This document shows, one piece after another, positions 10,091 through 19,125 of a DNA stretch of 64,000 nucleotides. The DNA is from Candidatus Fervidifonticultor secundus (GTDB taxonomy: Bacteria; Sysuimicrobiota; Sysuimicrobiia; Sysuimicrobiales; Humicultoraceae). Each line of letters begins with the position of its first letter. Positions within the stretch are counted from its first letter, which is position 1. The position numbers were made by a program, and so were the translations under genes. The stretch spans positions 1 through 64,000 of the forward strand of contig JAVKIP010000016.1 in the NCBI GenBank assembly GCA_031459385.1, read 5' to 3'. The notes below the pieces were generated by a model. It worked only from the letters and a program-made list of their open reading frames with translations, was not told the DNA's origin and did not search any database.

Positions 10091-10240
10091 GACCTTCGGG
10101 GCAGGGTGAGCCGGGCCGCACGCGTGTCCGGCAATTCCCGATCGGCGGTAGAGCCCGCGAGCCAGCCGCGTTGCACAGGCGCGGCGGCAGGATCCGGTGA
10201 GACTCCGGAGCCGACGGTACAGTCCGGATGGGAGAAGGTC
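10091..10240 (+). ncRNA. FMN riboswitch (RFN element)
   Basis: P1 GACCTTC/GAAGGTC; conserved GGGGCAGGGTGA..AATTCCCGATCGGCGGTA, AGCCCGCGAGC, GATCCGGTGAGACTCCGGAGCCGACGGTACAGTCCGGATGGGAGAAG; upstream of ribD. Confidence 0.97.
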
Positions 10241-10337
10241 CAGCCCCCACGGGGCGAGGTGGCGTGTGGCGCCGTCTTGCACCGTGACGGCGGTGTGTCC
10301 GCGCCCGGGAGGTCTGTCACCCCGGGCGTGAGCGTTT

Positions 10338-11525
10338 GTGGCCACGGGTGCCCGTGACATCCAGCGCGCAGACGACCTCCGCTACATGGAGGAGGCCCTG
10401 GCGCTGGCCGCGCGCGCGGCTGGCCGCACGAGCCCTAACCCCATGGTCGGCGCCGTGGTGGTCGCCGGCGGCGAGGTCGTGGGCCGCGGCTTCCACGCCA
10501 GAGCGGGCGAGCCGCACGCGGAGATCCTGGCGCTGCGCGAGGCCGGCGCGCGGGCCCGCGGCGCCACGGTGTACGTGACCCTGGAGCCCTGCGCGCACCA
10601 GGGCCGCACGGGCCCCTGCGCCGAGGCGCTGATCGCCGCGGGCGTGCGCCGGGTGGTGGCGGCCATGGCGGACCCCGATCGCCAGGTGCGCGGCCGGGGG
10701 TTCGAGCGCCTCCGCGCGGCGGGCGTCGAGGTCGAGGTGGGGCTGCTCGAGAACCGGGCGCGCCGGCTGAACGAAGCCTTCGTCAAGCACCGCGCCACGG
10801 GCCTGCCCTTCGTCACGCTGAAGTGGGCGATGAGCCTGGACGGGCGCATCGCCGGTGCCGGCGGCCGGCCGGTGGCGATCACGGGCGAGGCCGCCCGGCG
10901 CTTCGCGCACGGGCTGCGGGACACGCACGACGTGGTGCTGGTCGGCGTGGGGACGGTGCTGGCCGACGACCCGCTGCTGACCTGCCGCCTGCCTGGCGGG
11001 CGCAACCCGATGCGCGTGGTCGTGGACTCCCGGCTGCGCACACCGCCCACCGCGCGGGTCGTGGCCACGGCCGCCGAGACCCCGACGCTGGTGGCGACGA
11101 CGGCCGCGGCGCCTGCAGAGCGCGTCGCCGCGCTCCGCCGCGCGGGCGTGGAGGTGCTGGTGCAGGCGCACGCGGAGCCCCGCGTGCGCCTGTCGTCCCT
11201 GCTGGAGGAGCTGGGCCGGCGCGGGGCACTGGCCGTGCTGGTGGAGGGTGGGGCCGAGGTCCACGCGGCCTTCCTGGCAGCGGGGCTGGCCGACAAGGTG
11301 ATCGCGCTGGTGGCGCCGGTGCTCATCGGGGGTGCGGGCGCGCCGGCGGCAGGGGTGCAGCCGGCCGGTCTGGACGCCGGGCCTCCCGCGGCGCGGCGTC
11401 TGCGCGACGTGCGGGTGATCACCGGGCTCGACGGCGACGTGGCGATCGAGGGGTACCTCGGCAGTCTCCCCGGCCCGGACGGCGGCGGCGACGACGGTGA
11501 CCGTCGGCCCGACGGGGAGGCGTGA
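10338..11525 (+). CDS. ribD: Bifunctional riboflavin deaminase/reductase
   Basis: PNPMVGAV, HAE, TLEPCAHQGRTGPC, KWAMSLDGRIA, DDPLLT, VEGG. Confidence 0.96.
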   Translation: MATGARDIQRADDLRYMEEALALAARAAGRTSPNPMVGAVVVAGGEVVGRGFHARAGEPHAEILALREAGARARGATVYVTLEPCAHQGRTGPCAEALIAAGVRRVVAAMADPDRQVRGRGFERLRAAGVEVEVGLLENRARRLNEAFVKHRATGLPFVTLKWAMSLDGRIAGAGGRPVAITGEAARRFAHGLRDTHDVVLVGVGTVLADDPLLTCRLPGGRNPMRVVVDSRLRTPPTARVVATAAETPTLVATTAAAPAERVAALRRAGVEVLVQAHAEPRVRLSSLLEELGRRGALAVLVEGGAEVHAAFLAAGLADKVIALVAPVLIGGAGAPAAGVQPAGLDAGPPAARRLRDVRVITGLDGDVAIEGYLGSLPGPDGGGDDGDRRPDGEA

Positions 11526-12133
11526 TGTTCACCGGGATCGTGGAAGCGCTGGGCGAGGTGGTAACGGTCGAACCCGCGACGGGCGGTGGCGGTGCCCGCC
11601 TGCGCGTGCGCGCCGGCGGGCTGGCGGAGGGCGCACGCGCGGGCGACTCGATCGCGGTCGACGGCGTCTGCCTGACCATCACGGCCCAGGACGGCGGAGT
11701 CTTCACCGCCGACCTGGCCGCCGAGACCCTGCGCCGGACCACGCTGGGACGCCTGCGGCCCGGCGACCGCGTGAACCTGGAGCGGCCGCTGCGCGTGGAC
11801 CAGCGTCTGGGCGGGCACATCGTGCAGGGTCACGTGGACGGCGTCGGGACCGTGGCGGCGGTACGGCCCGAGGGCGACGGTGCCTGGATGGAGATCACGC
11901 CGCCGCCAGCGCTGCTGCGCTATCTCGTCGAGAAGGGCTCGGTGGCCGTCGATGGCGTCAGCCTCACGGTGGCGGCGCTGCCCGCGCCCGACCGCTTCGC
12001 GGTGGCGCTCGTTCCCCACACGCTGGCGGCCACCACGCTGGGCCGGCGCCGGCCGGGCGATGCGGTGAACCTGGAGGCGGACATCCTGGCCAAATACGTG
12101 CAGCGGTTGCTGGAAGGAGCGCGTCAGCCATGA
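11525..12133 (+). CDS. ribE: Riboflavin synthase (alpha)
   Basis: MFTGIV N-terminus; GDSIAVDGVCLT, VNLER, GGHIVQGHVD, KGSVAVDGVSLTV. Confidence 0.96.
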   Translation: MFTGIVEALGEVVTVEPATGGGGARLRVRAGGLAEGARAGDSIAVDGVCLTITAQDGGVFTADLAAETLRRTTLGRLRPGDRVNLERPLRVDQRLGGHIVQGHVDGVGTVAAVRPEGDGAWMEITPPPALLRYLVEKGSVAVDGVSLTVAALPAPDRFAVALVPHTLAATTLGRRRPGDAVNLEADILAKYVQRLLEGARQP

Positions 12134-13356
12134 ACGAGACATCGGAGGTCGCCACGCGGCCGTTCGCGACCGTCGAGGAGGCCGTCGAAGAGATCCGCGC
12201 GGGGCGGATGCTCATCGTGGTGGACGACGAGGATCGCGAGAATGAGGGCGACGTGGTGATGGCGGCGCAGTTCGCCACGCCCGAGACGATCAACTTCATG
12301 ATCACCCACGCGCGCGGGCTGGTCTTCGTGCCCATGACGGCCGAGCGGTGCGAGCAGCTGAAGCTGCCGCCGATGGTCACCGAGAACACGTCGCTGTTCG
12401 GCACCGCATTCACGGTCTCGGTGGACGCGCGCAGCGCTACGACCGGCGTCTCGGCCTACGAGCGGGCCGTGACGGTGCGCCTCCTGGCCGATCCGGCCAC
12501 GCGGCCCGACGACCTGGTACGGCCCGGGCACGTCTTCCCCACGAGCGCCGCGCCCGGGGGCGTGCTGCGGCGCGCCGGCCACACCGAGGCGATCGTGGAC
12601 CTGACGCGCATGGCCGGCCTGCACCCCGTGGGGGTGGCATGCGAGATCGTCCACGACGACGGCACCATGGCCCGCCTGCCCCAGCTGCAGCAGTTCGCGG
12701 CGCGCTGGGGCCTGAAGATCCTCCTGCTGCGGGACCTGATCGCCCACCGTCTGCGCACCGATCGCTTCGTCCAGCGCGAGGGGACCACCAGGCTGCCCAC
12801 GGTCGTCGGCGAGTTCACGGCCGTCGTCTACGACAACCTGCTGGACGGCTCCGAGCACCTGGCGCTGGTCAAGGGGACCGTGGACGACGGCGCGCCGGTG
12901 CTGGTGCGCATGCACTCCGAGTGCCTCACCGGCGAGGTCTTCGGCTCGTTGCGCTGCGACTGCCGCGAGCAGCTGCAGGCGGCGATGCGCGCTGTGGAGC
13001 GCGAAGGGCGCGGGGTCATCGTCTACATCCGCCAGGAGGGCCGGGGCATCGGCCTGGGCAACAAGATCCGGGCCTATGCGCTGCAGGACCAGGGCCGCGA
13101 CACGGTGGAAGCCAATGAACTGCTGGGCTTCCCTCCCGACCCGCGGGACTACGGGGTGGGCGCGCAGATCCTGGTGGACCTGGGCGTGCGGCAGATCCGC
13201 CTGCTGACCAACAACCCGCAGAAGCGCGCGGGGCTGGAGGGCTACGGGCTGCAGATCGTCGAGCGCGTGCCGCTGGAGATCGCGCCGAACCCCGAGAACT
13301 ACGCGTACCTCAAGGCGAAGCGCCACCGGCTGGGCCACCTGCTGACCATCGAGTAG
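12130..13356 (+). CDS. ribBA: DHBP synthase / GTP cyclohydrolase II
   Basis: DDEDRENEGD, RPGHVFP, RAGHTEA; RMHSECLTG...RCDC, QEGRGIGL, LLTNNP. Confidence 0.96.
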   Translation: MNETSEVATRPFATVEEAVEEIRAGRMLIVVDDEDRENEGDVVMAAQFATPETINFMITHARGLVFVPMTAERCEQLKLPPMVTENTSLFGTAFTVSVDARSATTGVSAYERAVTVRLLADPATRPDDLVRPGHVFPTSAAPGGVLRRAGHTEAIVDLTRMAGLHPVGVACEIVHDDGTMARLPQLQQFAARWGLKILLLRDLIAHRLRTDRFVQREGTTRLPTVVGEFTAVVYDNLLDGSEHLALVKGTVDDGAPVLVRMHSECLTGEVFGSLRCDCREQLQAAMRAVEREGRGVIVYIRQEGRGIGLGNKIRAYALQDQGRDTVEANELLGFPPDPRDYGVGAQILVDLGVRQIRLLTNNPQKRAGLEGYGLQIVERVPLEIAPNPENYAYLKAKRHRLGHLLTIE

Positions 13357-13363
13357 GACGACG

Positions 13364-13861
13364 ATGGGCCAGGTCTACGACGGCAGCGACGACGCCACCG
13401 GCCTGCGCTTTGCGGTCGCTGTCAGCCGCTACAACGAGGCGATCACCGCGCGCCTGCTCGCCTCGTGTCGCCGCGTCCTCGAAGCGCGCGGGGCGGCTGC
13501 GGTGGACGTGGCGTGGGTGCCGGGGGCCCTGGAGCTGCCGCTGGTGGCGCGGCGCCTGGCCGCCACTGGCCGCTACCACGCCGTGATCGCGCTGGGCTGC
13601 GTCATCAGGGGCGAGACGCTGCACTTCGAGCTGGTGGCCCGCGAGGCAGCGGCGGGGTTGAGCCGGGTGGCGCTGGAGACCGGCGTGCCGGTCATCAACG
13701 AGGTCCTGGCGGTCTACGCGCCGGCGCAGGCCCACGAACGGGCGGGCGGCCGGCTCGACCGCGGCGTGGAAGCCGCACAGGCGGCCGTCCACATGGCCAC
13801 GCTGATGCGGCAGCTCGCGGCGGCGAAGCCGGGGCCCGCCGAGCACGGGTGCCAGCCGTGA
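13364..13861 (+). CDS. ribH: Lumazine synthase
   Basis: SRYNEAIT, VPGALELP, LGCVIRGETLHFE. Confidence 0.93.
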   Translation: MGQVYDGSDDATGLRFAVAVSRYNEAITARLLASCRRVLEARGAAAVDVAWVPGALELPLVARRLAATGRYHAVIALGCVIRGETLHFELVAREAAAGLSRVALETGVPVINEVLAVYAPAQAHERAGGRLDRGVEAAQAAVHMATLMRQLAAAKPGPAEHGCQP

Positions 13862-15555
13862 GCGAGAGCACCGGCGTCACCCTGTTCCTGCACGGCCGCG
13901 TGCACGCCGACGCCGGATCCGCCCCGGCCGCGGGCGCGCACGGGGCGGACGGCGGGCTCGCCGTGGCGGGCGGGCGGGTACTCGCCGTCGGGCCGGCAGC
14001 CGACCTCCGCGAGGCGTTCCCCCGCGCGCACCGCGTCGACCTGGGCGGCCGGCCGGTCTTCCCCGGCCTCGTCGACGCCCACGTCCACCTTGTGGCCTGC
14101 GGGTTGAGGCTGCTCCACGTCGAGCTGCGCGGCACACGCTCAATCGCCGACGCGGTGCGCCGCCTGGCCGACGCTGCCGCGCGCCTGCCGCCCGACGCCT
14201 GGGTCCTCGGCCGGGGCTGGGACAAGAACATCTGGGTGGAGGATCGCTTCCCCACCCGTGCCGATCTCGACCCGCTGCTCCCTGACCGGCCGGTGGCGTG
14301 CACGAGCAAGGACGGGCACCTGCTGTGGGTCAATACGGCGGCGCTGCGCCGGGCGGGCATCACGCGCGAGACCCCCGACCCGCCTGGGGGCGCCATCGGC
14401 CGCGGCCCCGACGGCGCGCCCGACGGCCTCCTGAAGGAAGAGGCCGGCAGGTTGGTGCGGCGCGCGATGCCGCCGCCGTCGGCTGCCATGCGTGAGGCGG
14501 CGATCCGGGTGGCCACCGCCGAGTTCCACCGGCTCGGGCTCACGGGTGTGCACGCCTTCACCGGCGGGGGCGACGAGGGCGCCGAGCAGTTCGCCGCGCT
14601 GCAGGTGCTGTGGGCGCGCGGGGACCTCGCGCTGCGCACGGTGGCCACGATCCCCGACCACCTGCTGGACGCGGTGGTGGCGGCCGGCCTGCGCACGGGC
14701 TTCGGTGATCCGTTGCTGCGCCTGGGGCCGGTGAAGATCTTCGCCGACGGCACGCTGGGCTCGCAGACTGCGTGGATGCTCGAGCCGTTCGAGGGGCAGC
14801 CGCAGAACACGGGGATCGTCGTGCGCACCCCCGACGAACTGGACGCGCTGGTGCGGCGCGCGGTGGCCGCGGGCGTGGCCACGGCCACCCACGCCATCGG
14901 CGATGGCGCCATCCGGGCGGTGCTCGACGTCCTCGAGCGGCATGCGGTGGCCTCCGCGCGCGCCGGCGTGCGCCACCGCATCGAGCACGTGCAGCTGCTC
15001 CACCGCGACGACCTGCCACGCCTGGGGCGGCTGGGGGTGGTGGCCTCGATGCAGCCGATCCACGCCACGGCCGACCGCGACGTGGCCGAGCGCTACTGGG
15101 GCAGCCGCGCCCGGTGGGCGTACGCCTGGCAGTCCCTGCTCCAGACCGGGGCGGTGCTGGCCTTCGGGTCGGACGCGCCGGTGGAAACGCCCGACCCCTG
15201 GCGCGGGCTCTTCGCGGCGGTGACGCGCCGGCGCGAGGACGAGCCCGGTGCGTCGCCCTGGGTCCCCGACGAGTGCCTGACCCTCGAGCAGGCGCTGCGG
15301 GCCTACACCCAGGGCGCGGCGTACGCTGCCGGTGCCGAGCGCGACTGGGGGCGGCTGGCGCCGGGCTGCGTTGCCGACTTCATCGTGCTGGACCGCGATC
15401 CGTACGGGAGCGCGCCCGACGACCTCCTGCGGGTGCAAGTGCTGGCCACGGTGGTCGACGGCCGGGTCCGCTACGCCGCCGGGCCGCTGGCGGGCCTGGA
15501 AGGCGCGCCGGGTGCCGGCGCCGGGGCGGCGACCAGAGGAGGAGGCGACCTGTGA
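13858..15555 (+). CDS. Amidohydrolase 3 (YtcJ/NfdA-like)
   Basis: PGLVDAHVH, GHLLWVN, KIFADGTLGS, HAIGD, HRIEH, SMQP, GSDAPV, ADFIVLD; GTGA overlap with ribH. Confidence 0.9.
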   Translation: MSESTGVTLFLHGRVHADAGSAPAAGAHGADGGLAVAGGRVLAVGPAADLREAFPRAHRVDLGGRPVFPGLVDAHVHLVACGLRLLHVELRGTRSIADAVRRLADAAARLPPDAWVLGRGWDKNIWVEDRFPTRADLDPLLPDRPVACTSKDGHLLWVNTAALRRAGITRETPDPPGGAIGRGPDGAPDGLLKEEAGRLVRRAMPPPSAAMREAAIRVATAEFHRLGLTGVHAFTGGGDEGAEQFAALQVLWARGDLALRTVATIPDHLLDAVVAAGLRTGFGDPLLRLGPVKIFADGTLGSQTAWMLEPFEGQPQNTGIVVRTPDELDALVRRAVAAGVATATHAIGDGAIRAVLDVLERHAVASARAGVRHRIEHVQLLHRDDLPRLGRLGVVASMQPIHATADRDVAERYWGSRARWAYAWQSLLQTGAVLAFGSDAPVETPDPWRGLFAAVTRRREDEPGASPWVPDECLTLEQALRAYTQGAAYAAGAERDWGRLAPGCVADFIVLDRDPYGSAPDDLLRVQVLATVVDGRVRYAAGPLAGLEGAPGAGAGAATRGGGDL

Positions 15556-16316
15556 AGGACTCCGTGCTCCTGGAAGAGCTCTCGTGGCCCGAGGTGGAGG
15601 AGGCGCTGGCGCGCGGCGTGCGCACCGTGGTGATCGTGACGGCGTCGACCGAGCAGCACGGCCCGCACCTGCCCCTGGGGACCGACGCGGCCATCGGCCA
15701 GGCCGTGGGCGAGCGGCTGGCGCGCCGGCTGGGCGGGCTGCTGGCGCCGGTGATCCGGCCGGCCTGTTCGGATCACCACCTGGCCTTTCCCGGCAGCCTC
15801 TCGCTCCCGCAGGAGGTGTTCATCCAGACAGTGATGGCCTGCGTGCGGTCGCTGGTCCCGCACGGCTTCGAGGTGTTCGTGCTGCTCTCGTCCCACGGCG
15901 GCAACTTCGGGCCGCTCGAGATTGCGGCGCGGCGCCTGCGCGAGGAGTACGCGCAGGCCAACGTCCGCATCGTGGCCGTCGCCGGCGGGGAGGCGTTGCT
16001 GGAGATGGTGCGCGTGATGGTGGACACCGCCGCGGCGCTGGGCGCGCCGCAGGACGTGGACGCGATCCACGCCGACGCCTGCGAGACGTCGATCATGATG
16101 GCGCTGCACCCCCACCTGGTGGACGCCGCGGGGCGCGCGCGGGGCTACCTGGGCCGGATCGACACCGAGGAACTGTTCCGCCGAGGGCTGCGGGCGATCA
16201 CGCCCAACGGCATCCTGGGGGACGCCACCGTCGCCAGTCCCGAGATCGGCCGCGCTGTCCTGGACCGGCTCACAGACCACCTGGCGGCCGCGGTGGAACG
16301 GCAGCTGCAGGCATGA
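15552..16316 (+). CDS. Creatininase family amidohydrolase (ArfB/MftE-like)
   Basis: STEQHGPHLPLGTD, SDHH..FPGS, SHGGN, HADACETS, NGILGD; RBS GGAGG; GTGA overlap. Confidence 0.9.
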   Translation: MKDSVLLEELSWPEVEEALARGVRTVVIVTASTEQHGPHLPLGTDAAIGQAVGERLARRLGGLLAPVIRPACSDHHLAFPGSLSLPQEVFIQTVMACVRSLVPHGFEVFVLLSSHGGNFGPLEIAARRLREEYAQANVRIVAVAGGEALLEMVRVMVDTAAALGAPQDVDAIHADACETSIMMALHPHLVDAAGRARGYLGRIDTEELFRRGLRAITPNGILGDATVASPEIGRAVLDRLTDHLAAAVERQLQA

Positions 16317-16338
16317 CGGTCGCGCGATGGGCCCGGCG

Positions 16339-16515
16339 CTAGGAACGCAGCGGCTGCTGGACCTCGTCGTCGGGCGTCTCGAAGCGCGCGCCCCGAGGAA
16401 TCGCCCGGTGCCCGCAGATCGGACACTCGTACCAGACGTAGTCCGGCATGTGGAGGAAGTAGCGCAGGTCCATCACCGTCTCGCAGTTGGGGCAGGTCAG
16501 TTCCTGCGGAGGCAT
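16339..16515 (-). CDS. Small zinc-ribbon protein (58 aa), absent from ORF track
   Basis: MPPQELTCPNCETVMDLRYFLHMPDYVWYECPICGHRAIPRGARFETPDDEVQQPLRS*; two CxxC; SD AGGAGGG upstream. Confidence 0.75.
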   Translation of the reverse strand: MPPQELTCPNCETVMDLRYFLHMPDYVWYECPICGHRAIPRGARFETPDDEVQQPLRS

Positions 16516-16546
16516 GACCAGCCCTCCTGGGCTCCCCGGCGGGGTC

Positions 16547-16574
16547 GTTCGTGACCGCCGGGCCGGCCTCCTGC
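16547..16574 (-). promoter_or_regulatory. Putative sigma-H-like promoter (GCAGG-N19-GAAC)
   Basis: About 30 nt upstream of the small zinc-ribbon ORF on the same strand. Confidence 0.5.
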
Positions 16575-16636
16575 CGGACGTGCTGCAACCTCGCCCAGGC
16601 GGCGTCGCCGCGGGAGGCGGCGACCCCGCACCCTCC

Positions 16637-17266
16637 TCAGCGCTGCTTCATCCCTGCCTGCGCGGCGGCGAAGTAGCGCGCGACCTCGTCCCAGTTGACG
16701 ACGTTCCACCAGGCCTGCAGGTAGTCGGCCCGCCGGTTCTGATACTTGAGGTAGTAGGCGTGCTCCCACACGTCTACGCCCAGCACCGGCGCCTGCCCGT
16801 CCATGATGGGGGTATCCTGGTTCGGCGTGCTCACCACGGCCAGCGTGCCGTCCAGTCCGAGCACGACCCAGGCCCAGCCGCTCCCGAACCGGGCCAGGCC
16901 CGCGGCGTTCACCGCCTCCTTCATCTTGTCCACCGAGCCGAAGGCCGCGCTGATGGCGTCGGCCAGGGCTCCCGAGGGCGCCGCCGGGCCGCCGGGCTTC
17001 ATGATCTCCCAGAACATCGTGTGGTTGTAGTGCCCGCCGCCGTTGTTGCGCACGGCGGTCCGGATGCTCTCGGGGACTGCGGTCAGGTTGGCCAGCAGGT
17101 CCTCGATGGACCGGCCGGCGAGTTCGGGCGCGCTCTCCAGCGCCTTGTTGAGGTTGGTGACATAGGTGCCGTGGTGCCGGTCGTGGTGGATCCGCATCGT
17201 CAGCTCGTCGATGTGCGGCTCGAGCGCGTTGTACGCGTACGGCAGCGGGGGCAGTTCGAACGGCAT
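16637..17266 (-). CDS. sodA: Superoxide dismutase [Mn/Fe], Mn-type signature
   Basis: [48 protein letters not shown]. Confidence 0.96.
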   Translation of the reverse strand: MPFELPPLPYAYNALEPHIDELTMRIHHDRHHGTYVTNLNKALESAPELAGRSIEDLLANLTAVPESIRTAVRNNGGGHYNHTMFWEIMKPGGPAAPSGALADAISAAFGSVDKMKEAVNAAGLARFGSGWAWVVLGLDGTLAVVSTPNQDTPIMDGQAPVLGVDVWEHAYYLKYQNRRADYLQAWWNVVNWDEVARYFAAAQAGMKQR

Positions 17267-17345
17267 GGGCTTCTCCTCCTCCAAAGCGTCGCGCCCCTGG
17301 CGCCGCGCCAGGCCCGGAACTATCCGCGCAGGGGACAGGTGACAG

Positions 17346-17373
17346 GTTCGCGGCGGGCGGCGGTCCTCCCTGC
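17346..17373 (-). promoter_or_regulatory. Putative sigma-H-like promoter (GCAGG-N19-GAAC)
   Basis: About 80 nt upstream of sodA on the same strand. Confidence 0.45.
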
Positions 17374-17447
17374 CTGGGCACGCGGTGGCCAGGCGGGGAC
17401 TAAACGCAGGCGCCCCGACGCAGTGTTACAGTAAGTAGGCGAGAGGG

Positions 17448-18005
17448 ATGGGGATGCACGCGGAGGACCAGCGGTTGCTGGAGGCGTTCCGGCGCGGGGA
17501 GGAAAGCGCGTTCTCCGCGCTCGTCATCAAGTACCGCGAGACGGTCTACCGGCTCGCCCGTCGGATGCTGGGGAACCACGAAGATGCTGCGGACGCCACG
17601 CAGGAGGTGTTCCTCCGCGCCTACCGCGCCCTGGCGCGCTTCGACGGCCGCTCGAAGCTGTCGACCTGGCTGTACCGCGTGACCGTGAACCTCTGCCTGG
17701 ACATGCGGGAGCGGGGCGCGCGCCAGCCCGTGGTTGTGGAGGTCGAGACCGCGGCGGAGGCGGCGCTCGGGCCCGGCCTGGCAGACGAGGCTGCCGGCCG
17801 CGAGACCGGCCGCCTCGTCCGCCGGGCGATCGCGGGGCTCCCGCCGCGGCAGCGGGCCATGGTAGCCCTGCGGCTCTACCACGACCTGCCCTACCAGGAG
17901 ATCGCACGCATCATGAGATGCTCGGAGGGCACGGTGAAGGCCACGATGTTCGCCGCGCTGCGCACGCTGCGTCGTGCGCTGGCGGCGCAGGGGGTGCGCG
18001 GGTGA
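17448..18005 (+). CDS. ECF sigma factor
   Basis: DAADATQEVFL, LSTWLYRV (region 2); LPPRQR, YQEIA, EGTVK (region 4). Confidence 0.93.
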   Translation: MGMHAEDQRLLEAFRRGEESAFSALVIKYRETVYRLARRMLGNHEDAADATQEVFLRAYRALARFDGRSKLSTWLYRVTVNLCLDMRERGARQPVVVEVETAAEAALGPGLADEAAGRETGRLVRRAIAGLPPRQRAMVALRLYHDLPYQEIARIMRCSEGTVKATMFAALRTLRRALAAQGVRG

Positions 18006-18508
18006 GCCTGCCCTGCCGGGAGGCGCTGGAGCGCGCGGTGGAGATGGTGACGGGATCGGTTCCGCCCGATGCGCGGGCGCCCGTGCTGGCGCACCTGGCT
18101 TCGTGTGCGGCGTGCCGGGACGAGGTGGCGGCGCTGGAGGCGACCGCCGCGTTCCTGCGCCGGCACGCGCCGGACGCGCCGCCGGGGTTCTGGCCCGGCT
18201 TCATGGGGTGCCTGGAGCGCCGCCTGGCCCGCGAGCGCCTGCCGGCCGGCGTTTGCCTGCGGCGCTGGCTCGCCGCCCCGTCGCGCGCGTGGGCGGTCGC
18301 GGCCGCTGCGGTGGCGACCGTTGTCGGGCTCGCGGTCGCCGTCCGCGTGGTCCCGCCGGCGCCAGCGGGCGATCCCGATCTGGCGCGGGCGCGCGGCCTG
18401 GTGACCGAGACGATGACCACCACGCTGCCCGCACTGGACGAGACGCTGGACCTCTGGCGGCTGGGACTCACCGAGCCCACCGCGGTGTTCGCCCGCGGAG
18501 ACCGCTAA
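18002..18508 (+). CDS. Zinc-binding anti-sigma factor (ZAS) with TM helix
   Basis: HLASCAAC (HxxxCxxC); single TM; GTGA overlap with the sigma gene. Confidence 0.85.
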   Translation: MSLPCREALERAVEMVTGSVPPDARAPVLAHLASCAACRDEVAALEATAAFLRRHAPDAPPGFWPGFMGCLERRLARERLPAGVCLRRWLAAPSRAWAVAAAAVATVVGLAVAVRVVPPAPAGDPDLARARGLVTETMTTTLPALDETLDLWRLGLTEPTAVFARGDR

Positions 18509-18509
18509 G

Positions 18510-19037
18510 GTGCGCACGGCGCGCCCCGCGCTCCCCGGGACCGGAGGCCAGCCAGCGCGCCTGACGGCCGCGGTGCTGGTCGCGCTGGTCGCGCTGGCCC
18601 TGCCGGCGGTCGGCCAGGAGCCGCGCTCGACGCCACCGCGCCCCGAGCGCATCATCGAGGCGCTGCTGATCTGGCGCCTGGTGGATGAGCTCGACCTCAC
18701 CGAGGGGCAGATCGCCCGCATCTTCCCGCGCCTGCGGGCGCTGAAGGAGATCCGGCTGGAGATGGGCCGGCGCATCCGGCCCCTCGTGAAGGACCTGCGC
18801 CAGCTGCTGGCCGCGCAACCGCGTGACGAGGAGCTGATCCGGGCCCGCATGGCCGAACTGAACCAGCTGCGCGCCGAGATGGAGCGGCGCCGGCGGGAGC
18901 AGCTCCAGGGCATCGCCGAGGCGCTGTCGCCGCACCAGCAGGTCCGCTTCATCCTGATCCAGGACACCTTCGAGGTCGAAACCCTGCGCCTGCTGGACGC
19001 GGCGCGGCGGCTGGCGGAAGAGCAGAGCCGCCGCTAG
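18510..19037 (+). CDS. Exported Spy/CpxP-like helical protein
   Basis: Signal peptide; LDLTEGQ and LSPHQQ (LTxxQ-like) motifs; follows ECF/anti-sigma pair. Confidence 0.65.
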   Translation: MRTARPALPGTGGQPARLTAAVLVALVALALPAVGQEPRSTPPRPERIIEALLIWRLVDELDLTEGQIARIFPRLRALKEIRLEMGRRIRPLVKDLRQLLAAQPRDEELIRARMAELNQLRAEMERRRREQLQGIAEALSPHQQVRFILIQDTFEVETLRLLDAARRLAEEQSRR

Positions 19038-19125
19038 GCCCCGCCGCCGGTGCCGGCGCGCCGCACCGCCCACCCGCCCCGGTCCCACAGGAGACGCCCC
19101 CCGCCGCGGTGTAGACACCCTGCGC

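Noticed and set aside
15552..16316. Mycofactocin system (MftE)
   Set aside because: No mftA precursor, radical SAM mftC, mftB, mftD or mftF in the window.
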